The translations under genes were made by a program, and so were the position numbers. From Gemmata obscuriglobus (GTDB lineage: Bacteria > Planctomycetota > Planctomycetia > Gemmatales > Gemmataceae), in the NCBI RefSeq assembly GCF_008065095.1, contig NZ_CP042911.1, positions 1,050,001 to 1,082,000 of the forward strand: DNA of 32,000 bases. The letters run 5' to 3'. Shown one piece after another: positions 23,759 through 32,000 of this stretch. Positions within the stretch are counted from its first letter, which is position 1. The number at the start of each line of letters is the position of its first letter. Below the pieces are notes generated by a model, which ran no database searches, was not told the origin of the DNA, and saw nothing but the letters and a program-made list of their open reading frames with translations.

Positions 23759-26700
23759 GTGCGAGCCGAAATCCGCGATCTTGAGCTGGCATTTAAGAGC
23801 AACGGACAGGAGTTCGAAGCCTTCGTACACGATTTGATTCGTGCCGTTGGAGCGGCCTGCGGGATTGCAGCGCACCAGATTAATTACGATCGCCGCAGCA
23901 ACGTGGCAGACGGTGGGAGAGACATCATCGTTCGTGTCGGGGGCCAGGGTAGCAGTTACGGCTTTATTCCAGATCGGCCGTCGCACTGGTCGGTCAAGGC
24001 TGGGGAGGAGGGGATTAAACCCAGCCAGTTGAAAAAGGAGATTCTCAAGCAGGAAAAAGAAGACCATCCAAAGGTGAGGGATGCGCTACTGGCGGGTGAA
24101 ACGTATGTTTGGTGTGCGGTTTACCCCGCGACCGTGGATCAGCGAGACAAGATGTGGGAGGCGGCGAAGGAAGTCGCCGAGGAGTTGAAATTCCCAGCCG
24201 ATCTCATTGAATTCCGCTGGCAAGACGCACTCAGGACGGTGCTAAATGGATACCCGAACGTTATCCCCCAGCACCTGCCGAACGTGGACAATCGATGGGC
24301 AGGTGTTCGCCTACTCAGTGAATGGCGACGGGAACCATATCTCAACACTCCCTGGAGCGATTTTGGCTCTCGGGCCGCCCTTGTCACGCGAATAGCGAGC
24401 CATCTGCGAGGCAACGGGGCTCCTAACCTGCTTCACATCGCCGGCCTATCTGGCATCGGTAAGAGTCGCGCCGTCCTTGAGGCGTGCCAAAGCGATGTCG
24501 AGCTGCAAGGCGTTTTTTATCTTCAGCGATATCAAGACTTAACACAGAGGATCGAGCGATCGCTACAGGGGGCGAACAGGGTCTACGTCGTTATCGACGA
24601 GACACCGCTGCACGTCGTTGAGTCCCTCATCTCTCAGTTCTCCGAATGCGTCGATCAGGTCCGCATTGTCACGATCGGGCCGGCGAGTCGACAACGGGTC
24701 ATATCCAGCAGAGAGATAGTCGTCGTTCCTGAGCCGCAGACAGAAGAAGAGGTGCTCGCCGTTATCCAGGCCCCCGGCAACGGGCTGTCGGAGACCGTGT
24801 TGCGAAGCATCGCCTCCCTCTGCGCGCATGATTTGCGGCTCGCGCTCATGCTTGTTCGGGCGAGCCTGCAAAATCTAGCGCTGCAAACCGTTCCGATCGT
24901 TGACTTCGATGGGGTGTGGACTCGCCTGATGAGTCTGTACCCAAACGAGATACCCGATGTCGCCGCGTATCGGCGGAACTACCAATCGCTCGCAGTTGCC
25001 ATTGATGTAGGTGTCGAAGGCGAGTTTCGGGAAGAGTTACGGGCGCTGGCCCGCTACTTCGGGTGCCAAGAAAGTGACCTGCTCGTCTGCTCCAATGTCT
25101 CCGTTAGTTGCGGCCTCGGGCTACGCGCCGGAAGATTTTTTGAAACCACGCCGCACGCGCTTGCGATTGACGCATTCCGCTCGCTCTTCCGTAACCACCT
25201 ACGCGATCGTCTTTCCGAGTTCCTGGCAGTATTGCCAGCCAGGCTTCAGATGAAATTTCTGGAGCGGTGCCAGGAATGCCCTGACGGTTTGCGTGAGGAG
25301 GTGGCTGCCCGTGTGGGCGGCGTCTTTCTTGGGTGGCTCAGCCACTCCAACGTGAGCATCCTGACTGGCCGTGAAGCCTCGCGCATCTTCCAGGCGTGGG
25401 CTGAGTTCGATCCGGTTCGGGGGCTCGACTGGCTCCGCCACGCAATTGAGATTGCCTCGCCCGAACAACTCGTCGCATTGGACGGCGAGCCGGACGGGTC
25501 AGGAGGCTGGCGGGGGCGACGCCAACTCGTTTGGCTGTGCCAGAATCTGGCCTGTTTTCGGGAGAATTTCTCGGCCTGTGAAGCCGTGCTCTTCCGCTTG
25601 GCCCAGCACGAGAACGAGGACATCGGCAACAACAGCACGGAAGTGTGGCAGTCGCTTTTTGGGATAGTGCTGTCCCACACAGAGCTGCCATTTCAAGATC
25701 GCTTCCCGCTCCTCTTAAGACGTCTGCGAGAGGCGAGCCCGGAGACCGTCAGGTTGCCATTGCGCGCTGCCTTCCGGTGCTTGGTGTCCGAAGTGATCGG
25801 GATGGCCGTTCCGCCCCGCGTGGTCGGCGGGAGGATTGTCCCCGAACAATGGCGCCCATCGACCAACGGAGAATGGAGAAGCTTGCGTCGGAGTGCTGGC
25901 GAACAGGTGATCGAGGCTATCGGTCAGCTTGCCACCACACAAAGAGGGGTCGCCCTCAACGAATTGACGGGGCAAATCAGATCTTTCCGTGATCTCTGGT
26001 TGATGGAACAACTCCGAGGGGTCTTCCGTGATGATTGGCTCACGCCAGACATCCGGCTATCTCTCGTCCTGGAACTCCAGCGCGGCATCGATACCTATCG
26101 CCGCGCCGAGCAAGAGGAAGGACAGCCAACTCACCCTCAAGTTCTCGCCCAAGAAGCGTGGCTGGCGGCACTGTCGCCGAAGGATTTGGCGACGCGGGTT
26201 CAGGACTCGACAGCTCGTGCCCAGCACGAACTCTGGGATGGGGATAACCCGGATTCGTTCTACGCCGGCATGGCGGAGGAGCTGATTGTTTCGCCCGACA
26301 CGTTCCGCGGCCTCGCGCAGTGGTTCGACTCCCCACGAGCGAGTGCGGTGGAATACCTCGGATTTAGTGTCGGAAGGCGCGACCAGCGAGGCAACCTCGC
26401 GGACATCATCACTGACTGGCTGCGGGCAGACCAGTGCCGTAAGGTTGCAGTCACCTACCTAAATGGCATCGCGGCAGCAGAGGCCAAGTTGCCTGATCGA
26501 TGGGCCGATGTACTCGACGCAGTGGAGGGGGCACAGCCCGAGCTGACGATCATTGCCACGCTTACGGCGGATGTCAGCGCGAAGGGCTATGAGCGTGTGA
26601 TGCGCGCGATAGGCAAAATGGCCCCACCAGCCGCGCGGTTGTTGCGTGGGTTTGCTTACGATCGCTGGTCATATGTTCTATCCGATGAACAGCAAAAAGT

Positions 26701-27487
26701 CATTCTCTGGAGACTAGTCGAAATGTCGGACGGTGGAGCCGCCCCTCTCGTCGGCATGGATCTGATTCACCGCTGGTGCCACATTGCGAAGAAGCCCCTC
26801 GACGCCCAGCTTGTGCCCGCAGCCTTTGAGTTGGCGGCCAAGGCACCCCAGTACCCTAAGGATCAGACCGGATACAACTGGCGTGAGACCCTCCGCTTAC
26901 TGCATAGGCACGATCCGGTGCGAGTGGCTGAGATCGCCCTGGACGTGATGACCTCGCCGGAAAGTCACCCGTGGAGATTCGGCGACGAGAACGTCTCACT
27001 CCTTGCCGAATGCGCCGCCATTGCCCCTGACCAGATCATGGAAACGGTCGGGCGGTATATTCTGAACCGCCAGCGACGGACCATCTTCGCCGTTTCGGTC
27101 TATCACGGCCTGTTCGAGGCCATTGGAGTGGATGCCGTCCGGCGTTGGGTGGACAATCATGGTCGGGAGAACCTGCGCTGGATTGCGAGGCATTTCAACT
27201 CGCCGGGCCGAAATGCACGCGGAGAGACGATCCTCCCTCCGCTAACCGAATGGCTGTTCACCGAACGCGAGGACGACCAAGAAGCGTTCGAGTGGTTTCT
27301 GATGGGTAGGCGAAGTGGTGCGCGGATGTGGTCGGGAAATCAGTCCGCTGCAAAGCAGGCGGAAATGCAGCCTTATCTTCATCACCATCTGCGCCGCGTC
27401 AGAGAATGGGCTCAAGACGAAATCAGGTTCTTCGTTAACGAAGACGCGCGGTTCCGGGAATTCGAAGACGAGTCTGAGCGGCTTTGA
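23759..27487 (+). CDS. 1242-aa protein: Mrr/PD-(D/E)xK-like nuclease N-domain + P-loop (STAND/AAA-type) NTPase + ~870-aa helical C-terminal region (Avs/NLR-like architecture)
   Basis: GTG 23759 starts 2 nt after the upstream stop. N-terminus: FEAFVHDLIRAV...NVADGGRDIIV (D51 at 23909-23911)...HWSVKAG (K80 at 23996-23998). Walker A GLSGIGKS (24443-24466). Walker B RVYVVIDE (24578-24601), then VRIVTIGP and VVVPEPQTEEEVLAVI. The remainder is Leu/Trp/Arg/Glu-rich and helix-like. Single uninterrupted ORF with no competing frame. Confidence 0.85.
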   Translation: MRAEIRDLELAFKSNGQEFEAFVHDLIRAVGAACGIAAHQINYDRRSNVADGGRDIIVRVGGQGSSYGFIPDRPSHWSVKAGEEGIKPSQLKKEILKQEKEDHPKVRDALLAGETYVWCAVYPATVDQRDKMWEAAKEVAEELKFPADLIEFRWQDALRTVLNGYPNVIPQHLPNVDNRWAGVRLLSEWRREPYLNTPWSDFGSRAALVTRIASHLRGNGAPNLLHIAGLSGIGKSRAVLEACQSDVELQGVFYLQRYQDLTQRIERSLQGANRVYVVIDETPLHVVESLISQFSECVDQVRIVTIGPASRQRVISSREIVVVPEPQTEEEVLAVIQAPGNGLSETVLRSIASLCAHDLRLALMLVRASLQNLALQTVPIVDFDGVWTRLMSLYPNEIPDVAAYRRNYQSLAVAIDVGVEGEFREELRALARYFGCQESDLLVCSNVSVSCGLGLRAGRFFETTPHALAIDAFRSLFRNHLRDRLSEFLAVLPARLQMKFLERCQECPDGLREEVAARVGGVFLGWLSHSNVSILTGREASRIFQAWAEFDPVRGLDWLRHAIEIASPEQLVALDGEPDGSGGWRGRRQLVWLCQNLACFRENFSACEAVLFRLAQHENEDIGNNSTEVWQSLFGIVLSHTELPFQDRFPLLLRRLREASPETVRLPLRAAFRCLVSEVIGMAVPPRVVGGRIVPEQWRPSTNGEWRSLRRSAGEQVIEAIGQLATTQRGVALNELTGQIRSFRDLWLMEQLRGVFRDDWLTPDIRLSLVLELQRGIDTYRRAEQEEGQPTHPQVLAQEAWLAALSPKDLATRVQDSTARAQHELWDGDNPDSFYAGMAEELIVSPDTFRGLAQWFDSPRASAVEYLGFSVGRRDQRGNLADIITDWLRADQCRKVAVTYLNGIAAAEAKLPDRWADVLDAVEGAQPELTIIATLTADVSAKGYERVMRAIGKMAPPAARLLRGFAYDRWSYVLSDEQQKVILWRLVEMSDGGAAPLVGMDLIHRWCHIAKKPLDAQLVPAAFELAAKAPQYPKDQTGYNWRETLRLLHRHDPVRVAEIALDVMTSPESHPWRFGDENVSLLAECAAIAPDQIMETVGRYILNRQRRTIFAVSVYHGLFEAIGVDAVRRWVDNHGRENLRWIARHFNSPGRNARGETILPPLTEWLFTEREDDQEAFEWFLMGRRSGARMWSGNQSAAKQAEMQPYLHHHLRRVREWAQDEIRFFVNEDARFREFEDESERL

Positions 27488-28188
27488 GCACCCACGAAGA
27501 TGCTGCGGCGGCAAGCCGTCACGTCCCCGCCCGACAGAACGCGATTTTCGATCAACAACAGGTGCAGTGGGGTGGTGCGACACACACCCGTGTACCACCG
27601 GCCTCACCGAGGCCGGCTACAGAATACGGAGCGGATACCGAACGATCGGATTCGGTATGGGTCCGCTGTCATCTGCCGGGTGTGCTCCGGGCGCTGTTTC
27701 GGGTGTTGGGGCTCGCCGAATGGCGTGCCAACCGGCGGACCGGCCGGCCGCGGTCCCGGAAAATCGGAACGGGGCGCCGACTGGACATTCGCTGGCGGTT
27801 GATGGGTCAAGAACTACCCGTTCGCTGGCTCGCTGCTACCCGCGAATCACACGATCGGACCTGGCGTGAGAGGTTCAGAGGCGCTCCCGGTCGGTACCGA
27901 TGGCGTTCGGGTGATAGGTCGTAATGCCTTGTAGTAATGTCGCTTGTGGCGAATTGCTTCCGTCGATTGGTTCGCTTGGCTGGGGAGGAAACGGTGCCAA
28001 TGGCTGCGCGAGTTGTGGGTTGCGGCGTGGGGAAAACTTCTGGAAGCGATTTGAGGGGGATTAGGGTGGGGAAATGCCCGATGTGCCGACCGGACGGTCG
28101 GCGGCGGCGGTGCGGTGGCGGTTGCGTTTCCTGTGCCGTTCGCGGTTCTTAAAATGACGACAGACGCCGTCGGAAAGGCCGCAACTGC

Positions 28189-28992
28189 ATGACTACCCCA
28201 CTGCGCGTCGGCGCGGTCAACTACCTGAACACCAAGCCCCTGATCGAGCGGCTCACCGACTTCGCGCCCAACATCGACCTCACGCTCGACCTCCCCAGCC
28301 GGCTCGCCGACCGGCTCGCGGCCGGGGAACTGGACGTCGGACTCATTCCGGTGGTCGAGTTCTTCCGCGGCGGCAACTACAGCTTCGTCCCCAACGTCGC
28401 GATCGGCTCGCGCGGTCCGGTGCTGAGCGTCACGCTGTTCAGTAAGGTGCCGTGGGAGCAGATCCGCTCCGTGTCGCTGGACGAGGGGTCGCGGACAAGC
28501 GCCGCGCTCACGCGGATCATACTCCAGAAGCGGTACGGGGTGCGGCCGACCTTCGAGCAACTGCCGATCGATGCTGGTGCCGACGACCTTGCCACCGACG
28601 CCGTGCTGCTGATCGGCGACCGGGCGATGCGGGCGTGCCTGCCGGGCTACCGGTTCGCCTACGACCTCGGCGAGGAGTGGACCGCGTGGACCGGCCTGCC
28701 GATGGTGTTCGCGGTGTGGGCCGTCCGCGGCGGGGTGGAACTGGGCGCGGCCGAGACCGCGTTCCACCGGGCGAAGGAGTACGGGCTGGCGAACGCCGGG
28801 CTGATCGCCCAGCGCGAGGCGCCGGCGCTGGACCTCGACCCGGGGTACTGCCGCCGGTACATGACGAACATCATCCGCTACGACCTCGGCCCGACCGAAC
28901 TCGCGGGCCTGCGGAAGTACCGGGAACTGGCCGAAGAACTGGGACTGGTGGCGCCCGCCCCGCGCCACCCGCACGCCGGGAGAGCGCAGTGA
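28189..28992 (+). CDS. mqnA: chorismate dehydratase MqnA (futalosine pathway of menaquinone biosynthesis)
   Basis: LRVGAVNYLNTKPLIERL, ELDVGLIPVVEF and SLDEGSRTSAALTRIIL are characteristic MqnA (periplasmic-binding-protein-like fold) blocks. The stop overlaps the next start (GTGA). Confidence 0.85.
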   Translation: MTTPLRVGAVNYLNTKPLIERLTDFAPNIDLTLDLPSRLADRLAAGELDVGLIPVVEFFRGGNYSFVPNVAIGSRGPVLSVTLFSKVPWEQIRSVSLDEGSRTSAALTRIILQKRYGVRPTFEQLPIDAGADDLATDAVLLIGDRAMRACLPGYRFAYDLGEEWTAWTGLPMVFAVWAVRGGVELGAAETAFHRAKEYGLANAGLIAQREAPALDLDPGYCRRYMTNIIRYDLGPTELAGLRKYRELAEELGLVAPAPRHPHAGRAQ

Positions 28993-30110
28993 GCACCATC
29001 GACACCATTCTCGCGAAGGCCGCGGACGGCGTTCGGATCACCCCCGACGAGTGCCTGGAACTGTTCGCGTGCCGCGACCTGCACAAGCTCGGGCGCGCCG
29101 CGCACGCGGTGACGATGCGGCTGCACCCCGAGCCGTACCGCACCTACAACATCGACCGGAACATCAACTACACCAACGTGTGCGCCGCGGTGTGCGACTT
29201 CTGCGCGTTCTACCGCAAGTCGGCCGACGCCGACGCCTACGTCCTGTCGCGCGAGGAGCTGTACAAGAAGATCGAGGAGACGATCGCGCTCGGCGGCGAT
29301 CAGGTGCTCATGCAGGGCGGGATGCACCCGTCGCTGAAGCTCGAGTGGTACGAGGAGCTGCTCCGGGACCTGCGGGCGCGGTTCCCGGGCGTGAACCTGC
29401 ACGCGTTCAGCCCGCCCGAGATCTGGCACTTCAGCAAGCTGAACAAGCTGCCGCTCGAAACGGTGCTCCGGCGCCTCAAGGACGCCGGGCTGGGCTCGCT
29501 CCCCGGCGGCGGCGGCGAGATCCTGGTGGACCGCGTGCGGAAGGAGCTGACGAAGGGGAAGGCGCTCACGAACGAGTGGCTGGAGGTGTGCCGGGTGTGG
29601 CACAAGCTCGGCGGGATCGGGAGCTGCACCATGATGTTCGGCCACATCGAGACCGACGCCGAGCGCGTGGAGCACCTCACCCGCCTGCGCGACCTTCAGG
29701 ACGAGACGGGCGGGTTCAGCGCGTTCATCTGCTGGACCATGCAGCCGGGCCACAAGATGGCCGATTACCCCGAGCGGGGGGCGTTCGAGTACCTGCGCAC
29801 GCAGGCGATCGCGCGGCTGTTCCTGGACAACATCAAGAACATCCAGTCCTCGTGGGTGACGCAGGGCGGGAAGATCGGCCAGGTCGCGCTGTTCTTCGGG
29901 GCCAACGACATGGGGTCGCTGATGATCGAGGAGAACGTGGTCGCGTCCGCCGGGACCGTCCACTACCTCACGCTGGAGGAGATCAAGCGCAGCATCCGCG
30001 AGGCCGGGTGGGAGCCGCGGCAGCGGAACGTGTTCTACCAGCTCATTGACGAGAAGCCGGCGGCGCCGCGCCCCGTGGCTCGTGAGCTGGCGCTGCCGGT
30101 GCTGAACTGA
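28989..30110 (+). CDS. radical SAM menaquinone-biosynthesis enzyme of the MqnC/MqnE family (cyclic dehypoxanthinyl futalosine synthase or aminofutalosine synthase)
   Basis: GTG 28989 overlaps the mqnA stop. Radical SAM cluster motif NVCAAVCDFCAFY (Cx3Cx2C), GGDQVLMQGG, SLPGGGGEI, FGANDMGS. I cannot separate MqnC from MqnE by eye. The ORF extension back to 28452 overlaps mqnA and is rejected. Confidence 0.85.
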   Translation: MSTIDTILAKAADGVRITPDECLELFACRDLHKLGRAAHAVTMRLHPEPYRTYNIDRNINYTNVCAAVCDFCAFYRKSADADAYVLSREELYKKIEETIALGGDQVLMQGGMHPSLKLEWYEELLRDLRARFPGVNLHAFSPPEIWHFSKLNKLPLETVLRRLKDAGLGSLPGGGGEILVDRVRKELTKGKALTNEWLEVCRVWHKLGGIGSCTMMFGHIETDAERVEHLTRLRDLQDETGGFSAFICWTMQPGHKMADYPERGAFEYLRTQAIARLFLDNIKNIQSSWVTQGGKIGQVALFFGANDMGSLMIEENVVASAGTVHYLTLEEIKRSIREAGWEPRQRNVFYQLIDEKPAAPRPVARELALPVLN

Positions 30111-30221
30111 CGGGAGCGCGGCCGCCGGGCGGAACCGGACACATTCCCGTTTCCGATCCCGCTCGCGCTCGGCACAATGAACCCGAGCCCGTTTACCACC
30201 CGTTGTGCCACCGAGACGTGA

Positions 30222-30989
30222 ATGTCCGACGAATTCACCATGCGCCTGCGGCTCCAGACCGTGGCCGCGTACCGCGACCTGCGCCGGGGCGTGCAGCGGA
30301 GCGGGCGCGAGAACGTCGTGTTCGCGGTCATCATGTTCGGCATCGCGTACTTCTACCACTCGGCGGGCGTGCCCCTGCTGGTGATCGCGCTGTACTGCCT
30401 GCTGGCCGCCGGGGAGGTGCTGGTCGGGCTGTTCAAGTGGCTGTTCCCGTCGGCCGAGGGCGTCCTGCTCGACGGGCTCGTGCTGCTGAGCTTCGCCGGC
30501 TGGAACCTGGGCTGGCAGGGGCTCGGGGTGGCCGCGGGCGGGCGGCCGCCCAACGTGTTCGTCGTGCTGCTGGGCCTGTACATGCTGAGCGGGGCGGTCA
30601 GCCGGTTCCGGAGCTACGCGCACCTGCGGCGCCTGTTCGCCGAGCGCCCGGCGCCCGAGCACCTCGCGTGGTTCGACGAGCTGGTGGTGGACATCCTGAC
30701 CGCCGACCCGCACACCGATCGGCTCGCGCTGGACCTGCCGACCTCGCCGCACTGGCGGGCGAAGCTGATCGGCGGCACCGCGTTCTTCGTCGCGGGCAGC
30801 GGGGGGCAGGTGTGGATCGCGGGGGCGGACGACTTCAGCCTGAGGCGCGAGAAGGAGGGCCGCGGCGACGGCCGCCGCAAGGCCCTGCTCCGCATCTACG
30901 GCGAGGCGTACCCCGAGTTCGACCTCGACGACGCGAGCTGGGCCAACTACGCGAACTGGATGGCCGAGCAGACCGACTCACGCCCGTAG
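30222..30989 (+). CDS. hypothetical membrane protein (four hydrophobic segments plus soluble C-terminal domain)
   Basis: [67 protein letters not shown]. The C-terminal ~120 aa are polar. No recognisable family. Confidence 0.65.
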   Translation: MSDEFTMRLRLQTVAAYRDLRRGVQRSGRENVVFAVIMFGIAYFYHSAGVPLLVIALYCLLAAGEVLVGLFKWLFPSAEGVLLDGLVLLSFAGWNLGWQGLGVAAGGRPPNVFVVLLGLYMLSGAVSRFRSYAHLRRLFAERPAPEHLAWFDELVVDILTADPHTDRLALDLPTSPHWRAKLIGGTAFFVAGSGGQVWIAGADDFSLRREKEGRGDGRRKALLRIYGEAYPEFDLDDASWANYANWMAEQTDSRP

Positions 30990-31134
30990 CCGGGGTGAGG
31001 AGGCCGGAGCAAACGCCGGGTGCGGGACGCGCACGTGTGTCGTCGTTCCGGCCTCGCGTTTTTTGACACGGGCGTTTCACGCTTCTTTACTCATTCCGCA
31101 CTCTCAACATTTCCCTCCTGCCCTCCGGACGCGC

Positions 31135-31863
31135 ATGATCGAAGTACGCGATCTGTCGAAGTGGTTCACCGGCCCCGGGGGGCTGCGCGTCACCGCCGTG
31201 GACGCCTTGCGGTTCACCGTCCGCCCCGGCGAGGTGTTCGGCCTGCTGGGGCCGAACGGGGCCGGCAAAACGACCACCCTGCGCATGCTCTGCACGGTGC
31301 TCACGCCCACCGACGGGACCGCGACCGTCGCGGGGTACGATGTCGTCCGGGAGCCCGGCGCGGTGCGCCGCCACGTCGGGTTCCTTTCGGCGAACACCGG
31401 CGTTTATGACCGGATGACCGCGTGGGAACTGGTCGAGTACTACGGCCGGCTGCACCAGGTCCCGCCGGACGAACTGCGTCCGCGCATGGAGGAGCTGTTC
31501 GACACGCTCCAGATGAAGGCGTTCCGGGACGTGCGCGGCGGGAAGCTCAGCACGGGGATGAAGCAGAAGCTCTCGATCGCCCGGGCGATGGTGAACGACC
31601 CGCCCGTGCTGATCTTCGACGAGCCCACCGCCGGCCTTGACGTGCTGGTGCAGCGGGCCGTGCTGAACAACATCAAGGCGCTGCGCGACCGGGGCAAGAC
31701 GATCATCTTCTCCACGCACATCATGCGCGAGGTGGAGCGGCTGTGCGACCGGGTCGCGGTGATGTCGAAGGGGAAGCTGGTGGCGTGCGGGACGCTCGAC
31801 GAGCTGCGCGAGATGTACAAACAGGACGACCTGGAGGAGCTGTTCTTCGAGCTGGTGCGCTGA
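31135..31863 (+). CDS. ABC transporter ATP-binding protein (ABC-2/NatA-like exporter type)
   Basis: Walker [10 protein letters not shown], signature [12 protein letters not shown], Walker [14 protein letters not shown]-loop STHIM. ATG 31135 (MIEVRDLSK) is the conserved start position for this family. Confidence 0.9.
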   Translation: MIEVRDLSKWFTGPGGLRVTAVDALRFTVRPGEVFGLLGPNGAGKTTTLRMLCTVLTPTDGTATVAGYDVVREPGAVRRHVGFLSANTGVYDRMTAWELVEYYGRLHQVPPDELRPRMEELFDTLQMKAFRDVRGGKLSTGMKQKLSIARAMVNDPPVLIFDEPTAGLDVLVQRAVLNNIKALRDRGKTIIFSTHIMREVERLCDRVAVMSKGKLVACGTLDELREMYKQDDLEELFFELVR

Positions 31864-31875
31864 CAGCCATGCCCG

Positions 31876-31903
31876 CCGGCGCCCTTCGACCACAGGGCGC
31901 CGG
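31876..31903 (+). terminator. GC-rich stem-loop after the ABC ATPase gene (weak terminator candidate)
   Basis: CCGGCGCCC, loop TTCGACCACA, GGGCGCCGG (9-bp stem), 13 nt after the stop. No U-tract. Confidence 0.25.
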
Positions 31904-32000
31904 GGCGTTGAACCAGCGAGCGGTCGGGCCGGCGCCAACACATCGCCGCTTTTACCTCTTGCTCGCGGCCGGCTGACGGAACCCGCGCTCCTCGGCGTCG

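Noticed and set aside
19638-27644. Shared 11-mer GATACCGAACG at 19638-19648 and 27634-27644, as possible direct repeats (att-like) flanking an island
   Set aside because: A single 11-nt match between two positions in a 32-kb window is expected many times by chance. There is no extended similarity around it.
27484-27924. 146-aa ORF starting right after the STAND gene stop, as a possible fourth cassette gene
   Set aside because: It has a TTG start overlapping the stop and extremely Arg/Trp/Gly-rich sequence (RRTGRPRSRKIGTGRRLDIRWRL). GC rises back toward the genomic background. It looks non-coding.
31869-32000. Expected ABC-2 permease gene after the ABC ATPase. Also a 35-codon ORF at 31869-31976, and a possible minus-strand gene end (TAA at 31952-31954)
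   Set aside because: The short ORF is not permease-like. No plus-strand frame has a start followed by hydrophobic sequence before the window ends. Only 16 codons of a possible convergent minus-strand gene are visible. This is insufficient evidence for any call.
1-32000. CRISPR arrays, rRNA and tRNA genes
   Set aside because: No regularly spaced direct repeats with unique spacers were seen. The only tRNA-like T-arm (GGTTCGATTCC) belongs to the tmRNA. No rRNA-like sequence was recognised.

Overview
High-GC bacterial chromosome segment: about 72% GC on 60-nt lines I counted at 1 and 12001. Gene content points to Planctomycetota, probably Gemmataceae-like. The supporting genes are two DUF1501 genes, a DUF1559 protein with a prepilin-type N-terminus and H-X9-DG C-terminus, a YTV-repeat secreted protein, and futalosine-pathway mqn genes. 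No searches were possible, so every family call rests on motifs read from the translations.

Gene order:
- Four tandem, start/stop-overlapping paralogs of a membrane-anchored SGNH-like (DUF1574-like) protein (1-4162).
- A secreted alpha/beta hydrolase, then the tmRNA gene ssrA with a ...QYSLAA tag and a clean terminator.
- A 654-aa Cys-rich YTV-repeat secreted protein and a conserved hypothetical.
- A DUF1559 plus small lipoprotein pair, then two DUF1501 genes.
- An ArsR-type regulator followed by a YgaP-like membrane rhodanese, a secreted rhodanese and a CoA-disulfide reductase-rhodanese fusion. This looks like a reactive-sulfur/persulfide locus.
- A decayed IS remnant, a DUF3859-like membrane protein and a LolA-like protein.
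- A lower-GC segment (55-60% on lines I counted), then mqnA, mqnC/E, a membrane protein and an ABC ATPase.

The most interesting item lies in the lower-GC segment. It is a tight three-gene cassette at 22621-27487: a DUF1937/DUF4406-type nucleoside-deoxyribosyltransferase-like protein, a multi-TM protein, and a 1242-aa protein. The large protein combines an Mrr/PD-(D/E)xK-like N-terminus, a P-loop NTPase and a long helical C-terminus, which is an antiviral STAND/NLR-like architecture. I read it as a candidate, possibly undescribed, defence system.

The window is also rich in several families of long palindromic/REP- or MITE-like repeats in intergenic regions. Most long antisense ORFs in the six-frame track are high-GC shadow ORFs.
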